Shown: piece after piece, positions 24,378-36,500 of the stretch
Numbering within the stretch: the stretch's first letter is position 1
How the letters are laid out: every line of letters begins with the position of its first letter
NCBI GenBank assembly: GCA_001938485.1
Contig: MQRK01235633.1
Span: 1-51,433, forward strand
DNA: 51,433 nt
From: Girardia tigrina
Taxonomy: Eukaryota
Direction of reading: 5' to 3'
Program-made: the position numbers and the translations under genes
The notes under the pieces: generated by a model
Told to the model about the DNA's origin: nothing
The model's input: the letters and a program-made list of their open reading frames with translations, nothing else
The model's database searches: none

Positions 24378-25034
24378 TCACCCGTAACCGTTAAAAAAAT
24401 AATTGCTTCTTTTTAATTGTTTTGGGATTCTTGTCAACTCATCTGCCTTGTTAGCTTCGCTATTAACAAACTCGATCTTCAACTCGATCTCATACTCCTG
24501 ACACAGCTCCTTGATCATCGACAGTCTTCGTTTTATTAAAAGCTCAGATGAAACCTTGGTATTTAATTTTTCGCGATCTGAGATTGTTGAAACTACTGAC
24601 TTATTACCCGATTTTACTATCACGCTCCTTAAACCCCATTTCACACATAAGTTTAAACCCTTTACAACTGCTTCTAGTTCTGCTACATTAATATGTCTAG
24701 AATCACCAGTTTTTCTCAACCATGATGCGTCCTCGATTATGTTCCCTTTGACTTCTAACGCAGCACCAATGGCTATTGAACTTGCGTCGCACCATATAAT
24801 ACCTTCCCTGCAGTCATCAATAGCCCATAAACCTCTACAAGGATCACTCTCCCTCACTGCCTTTAAAACCCATTTAATCTTCTCGAATAATTCCTCATCT
24901 ATCTTCTCATCCCACTCTTCCTCACTAAGTCGTTTAAGATATGAACATGACGGACGTAGCCAATTAGCTACCGGATGTATTCCTACTAATTGTCCACATA
25001 ACGAATATAACTCGCGACGTGAAATTGATTCCAC
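24378..25034 (-). pseudogene. RT connection + RNase H with DIRS1-like motif pattern
   Basis: WCDAS, HINVAELEAV, VKS(G)NKSV, NKADELTR. Confidence 0.85.
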
Positions 25035-25055
25035 ATCCAGCTCATCCCTTACCTG

Positions 25056-25442
25056 TTACTCGAAAGGCAGTCCAGCCATGAAGGCAGCCTTTGTTATATC
25101 GTCGATCTTCGTTGCTAAAATCTTCACCTGAGATGCATATTCATCGGTAGTCTCGCCATCGTGATACTGTAAGTTTATCAATTGACTGTACGCAGAACGT
25201 CTAGTCAGGCCGAAGGAATTGTTTAATATCTTGAAGAACCGATCGCAGCAGCTTTGCGTCTTCTCGTTCGATTCCATGTAGTTGTTCAGTGCAACGCCCG
25301 ATAGTAAAAAAGGGAGATACGGGGCTGGATCAGTAATCTTCTGGATTTTCATGATCATTTCAAATTTCTTCTGCCAAATCTCGAAACTGATGCTTCCATC
25401 GAATTTCTCAAAAAACTCCAAAACGATTTTCATATCATTCAT
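25056..25442 (-). pseudogene. Gag (capsid-like) N-terminal part
   Basis: FDGS..FEIW..KFE...LSGVA...LQYHDGETTDEYA...FMAGLP; first ATG 15 nt after the LTR. Confidence 0.8.
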
Positions 25443-25445
25443 TAT

Positions 25446-25457
25446 GCCCGGATAGCT
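25446..25457 (-). promoter_or_regulatory. Putative primer-binding site AGCTATCCGGGC, complementary to nt 1-12 of tRNA-Lys(UUU)
   Basis: Directly abuts the 5' LTR terminal CA; plus strand reads GCCCGGATAGCT. Confidence 0.65.
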
Positions 25458-25599
25458 TGTAACACGCGAAAAGTTTATTTTCAAAACACTGTTTAATTGA
25501 TAATATTTAAACAAAATATTTATCAAAAAAGTAAATATTAAATATTTCAAATAATTAAAATATCTAATATCCAACAGATAAATAATAATAGAGATTAGA

Positions 25600-26800
25600 A
25601 TTTTGTGCACAAATTTTTATAATTATAGTGAGAAGATAATTCCTGAAGCATTGTTAATTAAGAATTATAAACCCTACCTAAATATTCAAAGTGAATCATA
25701 CAATCATATTACAATATTGTAGATGTTTTTTTCTATATCTTGAATTAAAAACTAGTAAATCAAAAAAATTTATATTCATTCTTTAACGGGTAGAACTCTA
25801 CTTGATCACATATTTCCTTGTAATCTTTTGTAAAATGGAAAAATACTATTACATATTTTAATAAATTAATATGTTATTAGTAACTATTTAATTCTTTTGA
25901 AGAAGGCAAAATTCCATACAAAAACATTTACAAAAAACATACTTCACTGGACAGTTTTTGTGAACTTAAGTGTAAAAGAAACATGATTAAAGGTTTAATT
26001 TATCGCTCCTGGTCGTTGTCTTCCACTTTTGTTAAATCTGTAGAAAGTGTTAATAACCTAAGTTCTTTGTTAAATTAGAATGGTTATTCTAAATCTTTTC
26101 TAGAAAAATTAATAAAGGAAACAGTAGATAAAATACTTTTGAAAGATTTTTCGAAAAATCAGAATTTGGCTTATCCTGATGGATCTAAGAAAGAAATCGA
26201 AGGATCATTAGATATGAATAATATGCCTAAATATTGTTTAATTGTACCTTATTCTGAAGGATTTAAAAACTTTAAAAATGCATTGTTAAAAGCAACTAAC
26301 AATGAATTAAATTTAAAAATTATCAGGATCTCATAAAATTCAAAATATGTTCAGTAATAAATCTTTAACACTTTGTTCTGATATTATTTATGAATATAAA
26401 TGTAATAAATGCCACATACATTGGAGAGACTGCCCGTCATCTCCGTAAACGAATTCAAGAACATGGTCGAAAAGAGAGAAGAACAATATTGCAGAACATA
26501 GGAAAAAATGTAAATGTGATGTTAATTTTGATAATTTCAAAATTCTGTGTAAGCATTTTGACAGTTATTGGGAGAGAGTGTCATGTGAAGCATTGTTAAT
26601 TAGNNNNNNNNNNNNNNNNNNNNNNNNNNNNNNNNNNNNNNNNNNNNNNNNNNNNNNNNNNNNNNNNNNTTAGCATGATTTCATGCAATCGATTACATAA
26701 TCATCATTTTTGTATTTATATACAGGTGAATTGATTATTAATTAGTGATCTGAAGATGACGGTAGATCCGTCGAAATATATTGTCTTACAATAAATTATG
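25600..26800 (+). mobile_element. Second Penelope-like element (5'-truncated; thumb + GIY-YIG + pseudo-LTR)
   Basis: EALLIKNYKPYLNIQ at ~25640-25690; MIKGLIYRSW..NGYSK; LIVPYSEG; TYIGETARHLRKRIQEH. Confidence 0.85.
26747..26785 (+). ncRNA. Minimal type I hammerhead ribozyme motif
   Basis: GAU-CUGAAGA-U-GACGG/CCGUC-GAAA-UAUA-UU-GUC; all three stems can pair. Confidence 0.8.
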
Positions 26801-27074
26801 TTGGTTTTCATTTAAATTAAGTTTCAGAAAATAGTGGAATGTAAATTTTCAAAAATAAAGAGAACAAAAAATTTCAATTTTAAAATAGCTTATCAGTATT
26901 TATAATTCCATATTTTTATATAAAAATTTGGTCAAAAAGAAAACGAAGAAAAGTTTCTCGACGAAAAATTGTTATTAAAAGAATTGTTAACTAAAAATTG
27001 TTTGAATAATTGTTAATTGTGTTAGAAATAAAATTTTGGTGTTAATGAGTCTTAATCTCGATCAAGAACCCAAC

Positions 27075-27273
27075 AGTCCCAAAATGGGAAAAACTGAAAA
27101 TTCAGAACTCCAGAACAATATTAAATGTAAAATATCTAGTTATAAATTATTAGTTTATATTAATTTTTATAATGTTCTTTTGAAATTATTTTTTAATTAA
27201 AACTTGGTGGCAAAGTAGAGTTCTGTCACCATAAAGAATGGATATAAAAAATTTAATTTTTTTGATTTACTAG
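27075..27273 (+). mobile_element. Helitron-related interspersed repeat (copy 3, 3' part)
   Basis: Matches 12245-12445; ends gatttaCTAG|T. Confidence 0.65.
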
Positions 27274-28150
27274 TTTTTCAAATAATCTTTTATTTTGAAA
27301 TTCTGATTAATCTTTAACACTCAAAAATTATTATATTTTTTAAAGATCAAAATTAAAAATAATATCTAATCCAATTTTGATTTAATCTTATTTGTTCTAA
27401 AATAATGTGTAGTTTTAAATTATTAAACTCATTTAATTCTCAAACCATCAAAAATTATTCTAAATCATTTCAAATATTAAAAATTACTTCAAAATACAAA
27501 TATTCTCATTTTTTCATTAGTATTTTATATTATAGGAAAGTGCACTGTAATATTATTAAATCCAAACTCTGGATCTTACGAAAAAGCGGTGTAAGACAGG
27601 GACATATTTTACCGAACATACATAAAACACTTGGATTCAGAATAGGATATTAGAAAACACGGGAGAAGTATATTCTACCATTACGTTGTTTGGTAGTTAT
27701 TCATTTCTGCCAAAAACAAATTTTGAACCTAAAATAGCACTTGATGATGTTTAATGAAGTATAAGTAATATGGCAAAAGCAACCTATTGATGCTGGAATA
27801 TCTGTTATAGAGAAATATCCTACTTTATCCTGCTTCTTTTGTCCGTCCTTGTCCAGTCAGAAATATTGTACTCATGTATTGGCACGATGTCGAGAATTAG
27901 TTTGAAAAAGTAATTGAAATCATTTTAATCGACAATAAAAATGGATGAAATAAATTAAGATTGTCAATATTAATGTCACACATTTTATAACATTTTTAAA
28001 ACATCGAATGTTGAAGAGATATCATTCCTGAAAAAAATAATTTTACCGAAATAATGAATATTGTTTCTTTCTAGATCTCTATTTCAATTCAAACTGTTTC
28101 ATACATAAAAAACAATTACATTATAAACGCCAGAATATTCTTAAGATGTC

Positions 28151-28423
28151 TTAATAAAACTGAAATAACAATTTTCTAATAAGCATTTTCAAAGGCTTAT
28201 ATACTTCAGCCTCAATGCTCGTTAGATACCGACTAGATCTAAGAAACTGCATGGGGCCCGAGCGCATGTCACCTTCCAGTATCAGCACGATTCCAACCGT
28301 AGATAACACACTTATAACCATTAAAACAATCATAGTCAATTTGAATCCGGAAATATAATTATCATTGTTCTCATCCAAATCAAGAGATTCATCATTATCC
28401 TCTTTCAATTGCATCTTCTCCAT
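28151..28423 (-). CDS. Small ORF or first coding exon with acidic N-terminus and one hydrophobic helix
   Basis: LTMIVLMVISVLSTVGIVLIL; splice acceptor ttttaatAG 6 nt before the ATG. Confidence 0.4.
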   Translation of the reverse strand: MEKMQLKEDNDESLDLDENNDNYISGFKLTMIVLMVISVLSTVGIVLILEGDMRSGPMQFLRSSRYLTSIEAEVYKPLKMLIRKLLFQFY

Positions 28424-28793
28424 AATGGTCTATTAAAACAATCAACAAATATCTATGTTCATTATCTCAATCGAGAGTAAATCCAAATGAATATATAGTT
28501 ACAGAACGAGAATAAAAGTATGTTGGGTGGGGCCTTAATTCACGAAGGCGTTTCGATACTCACCAATCACTGGTCATTTGAGTAAAGTAAATATTGATTA
28601 ATAACTAAACAAATAGAATGAAAACGACAAGAAAACTCCAAATATTTTTATTGACATCAATTATTGGACTTTTGTTAAAACACTATAACGCTAACAGCAA
28701 TTTCTAAATAGTTTTAAAGGGAGAATAACACATCACATTTAACTACATCTAATAACATAACCCTGATATATAGATATATATATCTTCTCTATT

Positions 28794-28961
28794 TCAACCA
28801 CTCTTTCTGACTAAATCCATCAATTTTTCCGTCGAGAGTGACTTGGGTCTCTCAATGGGAAGTCCGAGAGCCCTGTCCCATACCAGTGACGACAAGACAC
28901 CCAATGCTCGCGATATTCCGAACATGACCGTATAGAAATTAGTTTCCGTCATTCCGTAATA
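28794..28961 (-). CDS. CS: Citrate synthase, last coding exon
   Basis: cag|[55 protein letters not shown]; absent from the ORF track. Confidence 0.95.
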   Translation of the reverse strand, partial: YYGMTETNFYTVMFGISRALGVLSSLVWDRALGLPIERPKSLSTEKLMDLVRKSG

Positions 28962-31114
28962 CTGGAGAAAACAAAAATAAATAAACGATAAAAGTATTTA
29001 TGGAAATATGTCAGCAAAAATAAAAAAATTCAATTTACTAAGATCTATAAATATTCTTCAAAACATTCTTTTAACTGTTTAATCTTCGAAATTAATCTAG
29101 ACAAATTGAGGTGAGCTGATTGCGACTTCGAAGTAAAGAAATTGAGTGCCTTTTGAAATTCTTTCATTTTGCTTGCTACTTTACCTATACAACCATATTG
29201 ACCTCAAGTGTCCTTTTTATTCGAGGATTTACCACATTTTTTGAAACAATAACTTACTGCTCTAAATTAATTTCTGAATTTATTTTTTAAATTTTTATTT
29301 AGTAATTGTATGTTTTTATGTATATTTACAAACATGATTTTTATATACTTATTTTGACTATTTCGGACGTCAGACGGTCTATTAAAACTTTAAAACTATA
29401 TTTATATAATTCCGGCAAAAATTAAATAACATTGATTGTCACATTAAAAAGAAGTTATGTAAACTAATAAATCCAATGCGAAAAGAATCATTTCAAGAGG
29501 CCGGATTCCATTTATAAAACAACTATTTGAATAATCCAAAATCTTCAAAATATCGGAGACGATTGACTTTGTTGTCGAAAAGAAAAAAAGAATGGTCTTT
29601 AGTTTCGAAATTGTGATAGGCAATTTACATAGTCAAAATAATTTATAATAAATAATTGTCATGAGAATTTAATTAATTAATTATTTATAGATTAAAAACT
29701 CAAATTCAAGAATAAAAATTAAAATGAATTACATAGAGAAGGATTAAATTAATATTAAAAATAACCAAGATTTTAGAAGAAAAAGAAACAAAAAAAATCT
29801 AATACATTAAATCCGAAACACTAAATCCAAAACGATTAAATTTTATCTCGCCGACAATTAATACCTTATACATTTCTACAAAAATAACAATTAATATTTT
29901 TTTAATTCCTTCAAAGCGTTATATTTGATCGACCATTAATAATGACAGTAGCTATCTTTCTTTCTGGTTTTTAATTATAAATAAATTATTTAATAAATCA
30001 GTTAATTTATTTTATGTACATATTGATAAAAGTTTATAAATATTAACACTTCAATTTTTTAGCTTCCTTGTAATAAAAAAATGACCATTAAGGTTTTCCG
30101 ATATTATTAGAAATATGTAACTGGAAACTCTAACGGATTCCTCAATATCGTATTGACTGTCAAAAATATTTAGTTACACGTTTTACTTCAAAAATACCTT
30201 TAGAAACAATTCATTAAAACACTAATAAGTTTGTTTGTAATACCTTGATATTTAAATCACTGTTAATGAAAATCTAAATCAAGAATTTAGTTTGTTATTA
30301 TTATTAGACATAATAACATGTTTAAACAATTTGTTATTATCAATATAACTATTAGAAACATTTTGGAGACATAACATTCATATTATCCATACATATTCTA
30401 ATTTAGAAATTCCCGTATCAATGATGTAAATAAATTTTGAGAGTCATTTAGATTTAATAATAACTAATAATTAATAATGATTTTTTCCTCTATTAAATAA
30501 ACAAATTATGTAATTTGTAATGCCAAATTTCAGACATAAATTTTGACTACATTTTATAAATTTGTCACTATCTACTAAGCTAAAAAACTATTTATATCAC
30601 CAACCAAATTCAGTTATAGGACTGGGTGAATATAAAAATCTAGCCTGTTGATCCTATTCGACACAGCCAGGGAATTCGTGGTTACAAAAAGTATATATTT
30701 TAATGCAAAATTTCGAGGAATACTGCGAATACTGGAATTACTTTAAACCGGTTTAGAGCGGTAATAATCTGCAAATAACTGTTTACTTATTTATTATATA
30801 AGGATCAATTATATACATGATTAAGATTAAGGTTATTGATATTATAACCAGATTACTGTTGTAACAATTAATAATTTCATTTATAGCAGTTTTTACAATT
30901 CTACAGGGTGTCCAACAATGATGAAGGACATTTTGAACACCTCTGAACAGCAAGTTTATTTATGTAAATATAGTTGTTTGCCTTCATCATGTGTTTAATT
31001 AAATAAAATTTGGGTTTCATAAAATCCTTTGGTTTTCTACTGGGAGAAAATATGAAAATATCTGAATATTAATTATCTAAACTATAATTAAAATACTACT
31101 CAAAGCATGTTTAA

Positions 31115-31349
31115 CCCTTTCGCAGCGGCTTTCCGTTTTAAGTTATAGATAATTTTTGTTAAATATATAATGTTTATTCCGGTCTGAAATTTATTATTTA
31201 AAAGTTTTTTTTGGAAATTTATTCAGGGGNNNNNNCTGGGGAGGTTGGGACAAATATATCCCATTCGTCTTTTATGATGGGTCATATATGTCCCAACAGC
31301 CTTTTTAAACATTCACTGGGACATATGTGTCCCAGCAGCTGCGAAAGGG
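31115..31349. mobile_element. piggyBac-type MITE
   Basis: TTAA|CCCTTTCGCAGC ... GCTGCGAAAGGG|TTAA; three internal TGGGACA-N4-TGTCCCA-like palindromes. Confidence 0.9.
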
Positions 31350-32269
31350 TTAAATAACATGTTTAACAATTTTATATTTTAAAACAATATTTAAATTATT
31401 TCATAATTTATATAAACGTTATTGAAACAATATTTAAAATTTGTGAAAGCATTAAGAATATTTGGAATGTTCTGCCATCAGGGTAGGAAAGGCAACACTC
31501 ACAACATAGATACGAAAATAGTCATCAGACATAATATTAAAATTGGATTTAATTAATCAAAACTGATCAGTGTCACTTTAACTGAACTAATTAAATTCAA
31601 ATTATCAATTGCAGTTGTTAAATTGTACTATTGACTTTTATTTTAATAATTGTATAATTAAATTTAATGCCATATTCTAGAAATGTGACAAAAATCTTAA
31701 AAGAATTTTAATTCCATTAAAAGCTAAATCTTATTTATTAAAATACTGAAATAAAATCAAACATCCGTCAGGAAAAATGTTTTTCTGCTCAATTTCATAA
31801 GTAACAAAAAGTGTGCATTCAAAGAATACTTTAAACTAAATTTGTTGAAATAGTCTGTTTTAAATTGGTGTGACAATTTTTGGTCTCCTTTGTAATTTAA
31901 GTCGATTTGCATATCAATTTGTTTAATATGCAATTTTAGATTAACTTTATAATATTTATCATTATGGATAACAAATAATTTATAGTATTAAAAAAACGAA
32001 ACTTATTACTTATAAATATAGACAAAATATTAATATATAAAGACAGTATTGGCCATACCATTAGAAATTTTCCAATTTTTACAAAAAAAATGTCAAATGA
32101 ATTATAGCTTTTCAGATACACAAACGAATGATTTTTTTAAGAAACACAGAAGGTTTGACAAAGTGTTAGGTATAGTATAAGTGCATAATAATCAATATCT
32201 TAAAATCACTAATTCTTTATTATATTTTCTAATTCAGTAAGTTATATTATCATATGTCATTTTCAAGGA

Positions 32270-32542
32270 TTAACCACCATTGAACGATCAACAAGTTCCA
32301 AGAAAGCATTTTTGTAGAAAATTGGTGGCTGCTCCTTCAGGAAATCCTCAACGCACTGACGCAGATCATCAGCATTTTCAAACTTCTGACCTCTCAAATG
32401 TCTTTTCATGTTACTTGCTCATGAAGAGTCTTATGTTGAGAAATAGTACCTTTATATGATTAGTGTTCCTGTGTTGTAATATTAGACTCCTATTATTTTG
32501 CTTTCTTGCTTAGTCCGGATACTTATTGGCCACACCACGTAC
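32270..32542 (-). mobile_element. Internally deleted mariner remnant
   Basis: TIR-like TAcgtggtgtggccaataagtatccggact; NMKRHLRGQKFENADDL..VEDFLKEQPPIFY. Confidence 0.65.
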
Positions 32543-33589
32543 TTTGAATCATATCTTCTCTTTGGATAACACATTGTTTGATTTTTGTTAGTGAAAATAA
32601 TTTTTAATCATTTAAATTTATAATATTTTTCATAAAATGCAACTACAATAAAAGCGGAATGAAAACAATCTTAATCTATCAATTTAATTTAGGCCAAGAC
32701 AGTTTTATAATAAAAAATCTGCATTATTTTCAAGCCCAAAATATCGAAATGTACTTCAATCTATTTGATAAACTTCATTCGAATTATCAAGAATGCAAAC
32801 TCTCTCCATTCGACCAAATGTGACATGAAAAGAATATTTTCCCGAAAACCATTTTGTCTCATGTCTAGTCATCTGATCATTAATTAATTTTTAAAATATT
32901 TAGTTAATTATTTATATTTTTCTTAAAGAAAAAGAGGCATAATGTATATTGCCTTAAAAATACTTTTTGATAAACATAATGTGAAACTCACCAGTTGTGT
33001 TAAAGTTCTATTGTGAAATTTCACTTGAATATTTCAGTAAATGAAAAATGAATTATTTGAAGACGAAGTTCTACTATCGGCACTCTTTAAACAACATACA
33101 CGCATATGCACCACATTAGAATGTGCTTTAACACCGAATGCTCACATGGAAGCACCGAATATCAAACAACATTCGATTGAATCGATTAGAACTTATCTTT
33201 TTGAAAATCGATATTTTTTACATTGATATAAAATTAAGAAAAAGTTATAATTTTGTAAAAATACATATCTAATTATTTCAAATAATAACGATCAAAGTTC
33301 AAACAAACAATAATTGAGTATCAAAATGAAAAACGCTTGAATGTACAATCGCCTACGTGACATAAACAGGGTTGACCGACGACCGAATATTCGCTCGATG
33401 ATTTGTTCATTATTCTCTCTCTGTATATTCGATTAGCACTATTATAATTAGAATTGTCATGATAAGTCATCCGTCATGTTTATATTTGGTTTTAAAAATA
33501 ATTATTATTTACCATGATTATTTAAATGCATTGAAAAACTCCGACTATCCAAATATTAGTCAGGTCAAATGAGCTTGCCTGATATAGGT

Positions 33590-36500
33590 ACCATATAAGC
33601 ATGTCCCATAGTCGAGCCGGCTGCAAATAAACCGGCTCTCCCACATGAAGCAACCTGGATGAAGGTATGTGGACACACAGTAGGATAAAAAAAGCAAAAC
33701 TTTCCAAAGGGTTGATGAGCTCTTAGGAGCCAACAGCTATCCATACATGAAGAGGAGAAAGGTAACACCAGGTTACTTGCCTACTGATATACCCAAAGAA
33801 GCAAAACCATCATAAATCACTCAACATCGGATCGGTCAGCACCTGAATCAACAACGACCGTGTTACTCATTGGTGTCGACAAGATTATTTTGCTACTACT
33901 GACAAAATGACATTGATAACTTCAGTTTTTATAGGCCCTTGGAATGTGAGATCCTAGTCCCAAAGTGGAAAGATTTAATTATTGGCTAGAGAGTTGGATA
34001 ACATCAGATGGAATGTGGTTCAAATATCAAAAATGAGATGGGCTGGCACAGGTGAGTACAAGACAGAAGATGAACATAAGATGTGGTACTACGGCAATGA
34101 AAATAAGACACAACACGGCGTGGGATTCATATCAAACAAGCGAACTACAACCAAGGTGATGGAATGCAAGTCAATATCAGAAAGAATTTTTGCAATAAAT
34201 TGCCAGTAAACCATTTAACACTACCATTCAACACAACTCACTAACAACTGACTACGATGATGTCGTTGAAGAATTTTATGAACATCATGAGACACTCATT
34301 GGCAATACTACAAAGAAAGATCTACTGTTTATTCTAAGCGACTTGAATGCGTAAATTGGTGAAGGCATTAACCACTCTTCAATTGGGGAAATCGAGCATG
34401 GCATTACAACTGAAAGGGACGTGAAACTCCTAGAATTTGGAAAGACTGAAAATGGTAGTGGCGAAATACTTTGAAAAGATACAATGTATCAAGAAGGACA
34501 ACGTGGCATTCACCTGACGACGTGACTTCGAAACAACTATACTAAATCTTAGTACCTAAGAAATTCAAATCCAGAGTGAAAAAATTCAAAAGGAGAACTC
34601 TTGAGAAACCAGACATCGGAAACAATCACGATCTTGTCATGACAACTTCCCAAATAAAGATCTCCACAAAGACTATAACAAAACATGAAGAACAATATTC
34701 GGACTGGAGAAACTGAAGGATGATAAAATTAGGGATAAGTTTTAGAGTGAACTGTCTTTGCTGCTACTCGAGAAACATCAACCACAAAAACTATTATTTA
34801 TTTCTATCATCATATGACGAGTTCACAAACATTATCACAGATACAACAGAGAAGGTTCTGGGAAAAGGTGATGAAATTCTGGATTAACGCAGAGGTTCTA
34901 GACTGCTGTGACAGACGACGTCAACTTAAAAGCAAAATAAATGAGGGCGAGGAGAAAATGCAAGAATACAAGAATGCAAACAGGTTCGGAGGTTACTGAG
35001 GAATGCCAAAGAGGATTTTGCAGAAGAGCAAGTAAAATTTATTGAAGACAGTTTAGAAATGAACAATAAAGAAGTATTCAAGATAATTAAAAAAATGACA
35101 GTCAAGAAGTGGACAAAAAGTGTAGTTGAGGATCAAGATGGAAACATATGAATAACGAATACAGAAATTTATCAAAGATGGAAAGAATATTGAAGCAAAA
35201 TATACAATTTCAAAGCAGATGTCGACAGCATCGTTATCTCTGAAAAACAAAGTTAGATCATGAAGATCAGTAATACGAAATTTTAAGATGAGATATAAGC
35301 TGCCATAAAAGGTTTGAGATGAACGAAAGCCTAGAAATGGACATCTTCTTATTGACCTTAACCGTTAGGCCCTTGGTGCACCCAATTATAAACAAGCCTT
35401 CGCTACATCTCTGTTTTGTAGTTTCTTTTCTCAGACATTCCATACTCATTCCACTCCATTCTTTTAAATCGTCTATCCATTGCCTCTTTAGTCTTCCTCT
35501 TGGTCTTTCTCCTTCCACTCTTCCATCAATCATTATCTTTACTAGTGTTTGTTTTCTTATCTGATGTCTGTAGAATTTCAGCTTCCTTCTCCTGATAGTC
35601 TCTTCTATTGATTACGGTCTTTTACCTACTATTTCTGTCACTCTTCTCAAGACAAAGTCGTTTGTCTTCTTTTCTTCGCACGTGATCTTCAAAATTCTCC
35701 TGTATCACTTCATTTCAAACGCTTTAAGTCTATCCATGCTCTTCTGATTTATTGTCCAACTCTCGCATCCATAGAGGAGTGTTGCCCAGCTTTGGTGATC
35801 TTTAATCTGCTTTTGAGATGGATTTCTTTGAGGTTAAAAACTGTGCTAAGCTTAATCATTGCGCTTGTTGCAATACCAATCCGGCTTCTGATTTCTTCTT
35901 CGCTTCCCCCATTCTCTGTGATAGTAGAGCCTAAGTATTTGAAACTCTTAACTTGTTCCAGTTTCTCCCCTTCAATGTAAATCTCCAGTTTAACCTAGTT
36001 GTTATGATTTCCTGAAACCATTATTTTGCTTTTTTGTCTGTTGATTTCCATTCCAAATTTGTTTGACGCTTTGTTTAATCTATTCGTAAGTTCCTGAATC
36101 TCTGCCTCATCTTTGCCGATTAGGTCTATGTCATCAGCAAATCGTAGGTTAGTTATTCTTGTTCCTCCGCAGCTTATTCCAACATCGTCTAGATTGTATA
36201 TTGCTTCCATAACAATTCTTTCAAGGAAAAGGTTGGACAGTGTTGATGAAAGAATACAACCTTGTCTTACTCCTACTGATGATTTAATCTAGTCGCTAAA
36301 TTGCTCAGTTGTCAACACTTTTGTCTTTGCGTCTTCGTAAAGGCTCTTAATAATTTTCGTAGCATGAAATCTATAAAGTTATGACAAATTATTTTTTGTG
36401 GTCTCAGGTTTTCTCACATCAGTGCGGAACTAATCTAGAATGGAGACGAAAATACAGTGAACATTTTTCATGCACTATGTAAAAAAAATTTAAACAGTGG

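Larger units (their letters stand above)
21839..25576 (-). mobile_element. Internally deleted LTR retrotransposon (gag - RNase H - integrase; protease and RT core missing) with 119-bp LTRs
   Basis: 5' LTR 25576-25458 (TGTT...TTACA); 3' LTR split into 23354-23303 and 21914-21841; purine tract GGTGGGAG next to the 3' LTR; gypsy-type domain order. Confidence 0.9.

Noticed and set aside
24511-25131. 206-aa plus-strand ORF
   Set aside because: Antisense shadow of the RNase H region
27405-27653. SGVRQG RT-like motif
   Set aside because: Isolated; no other RT motifs recognised nearby
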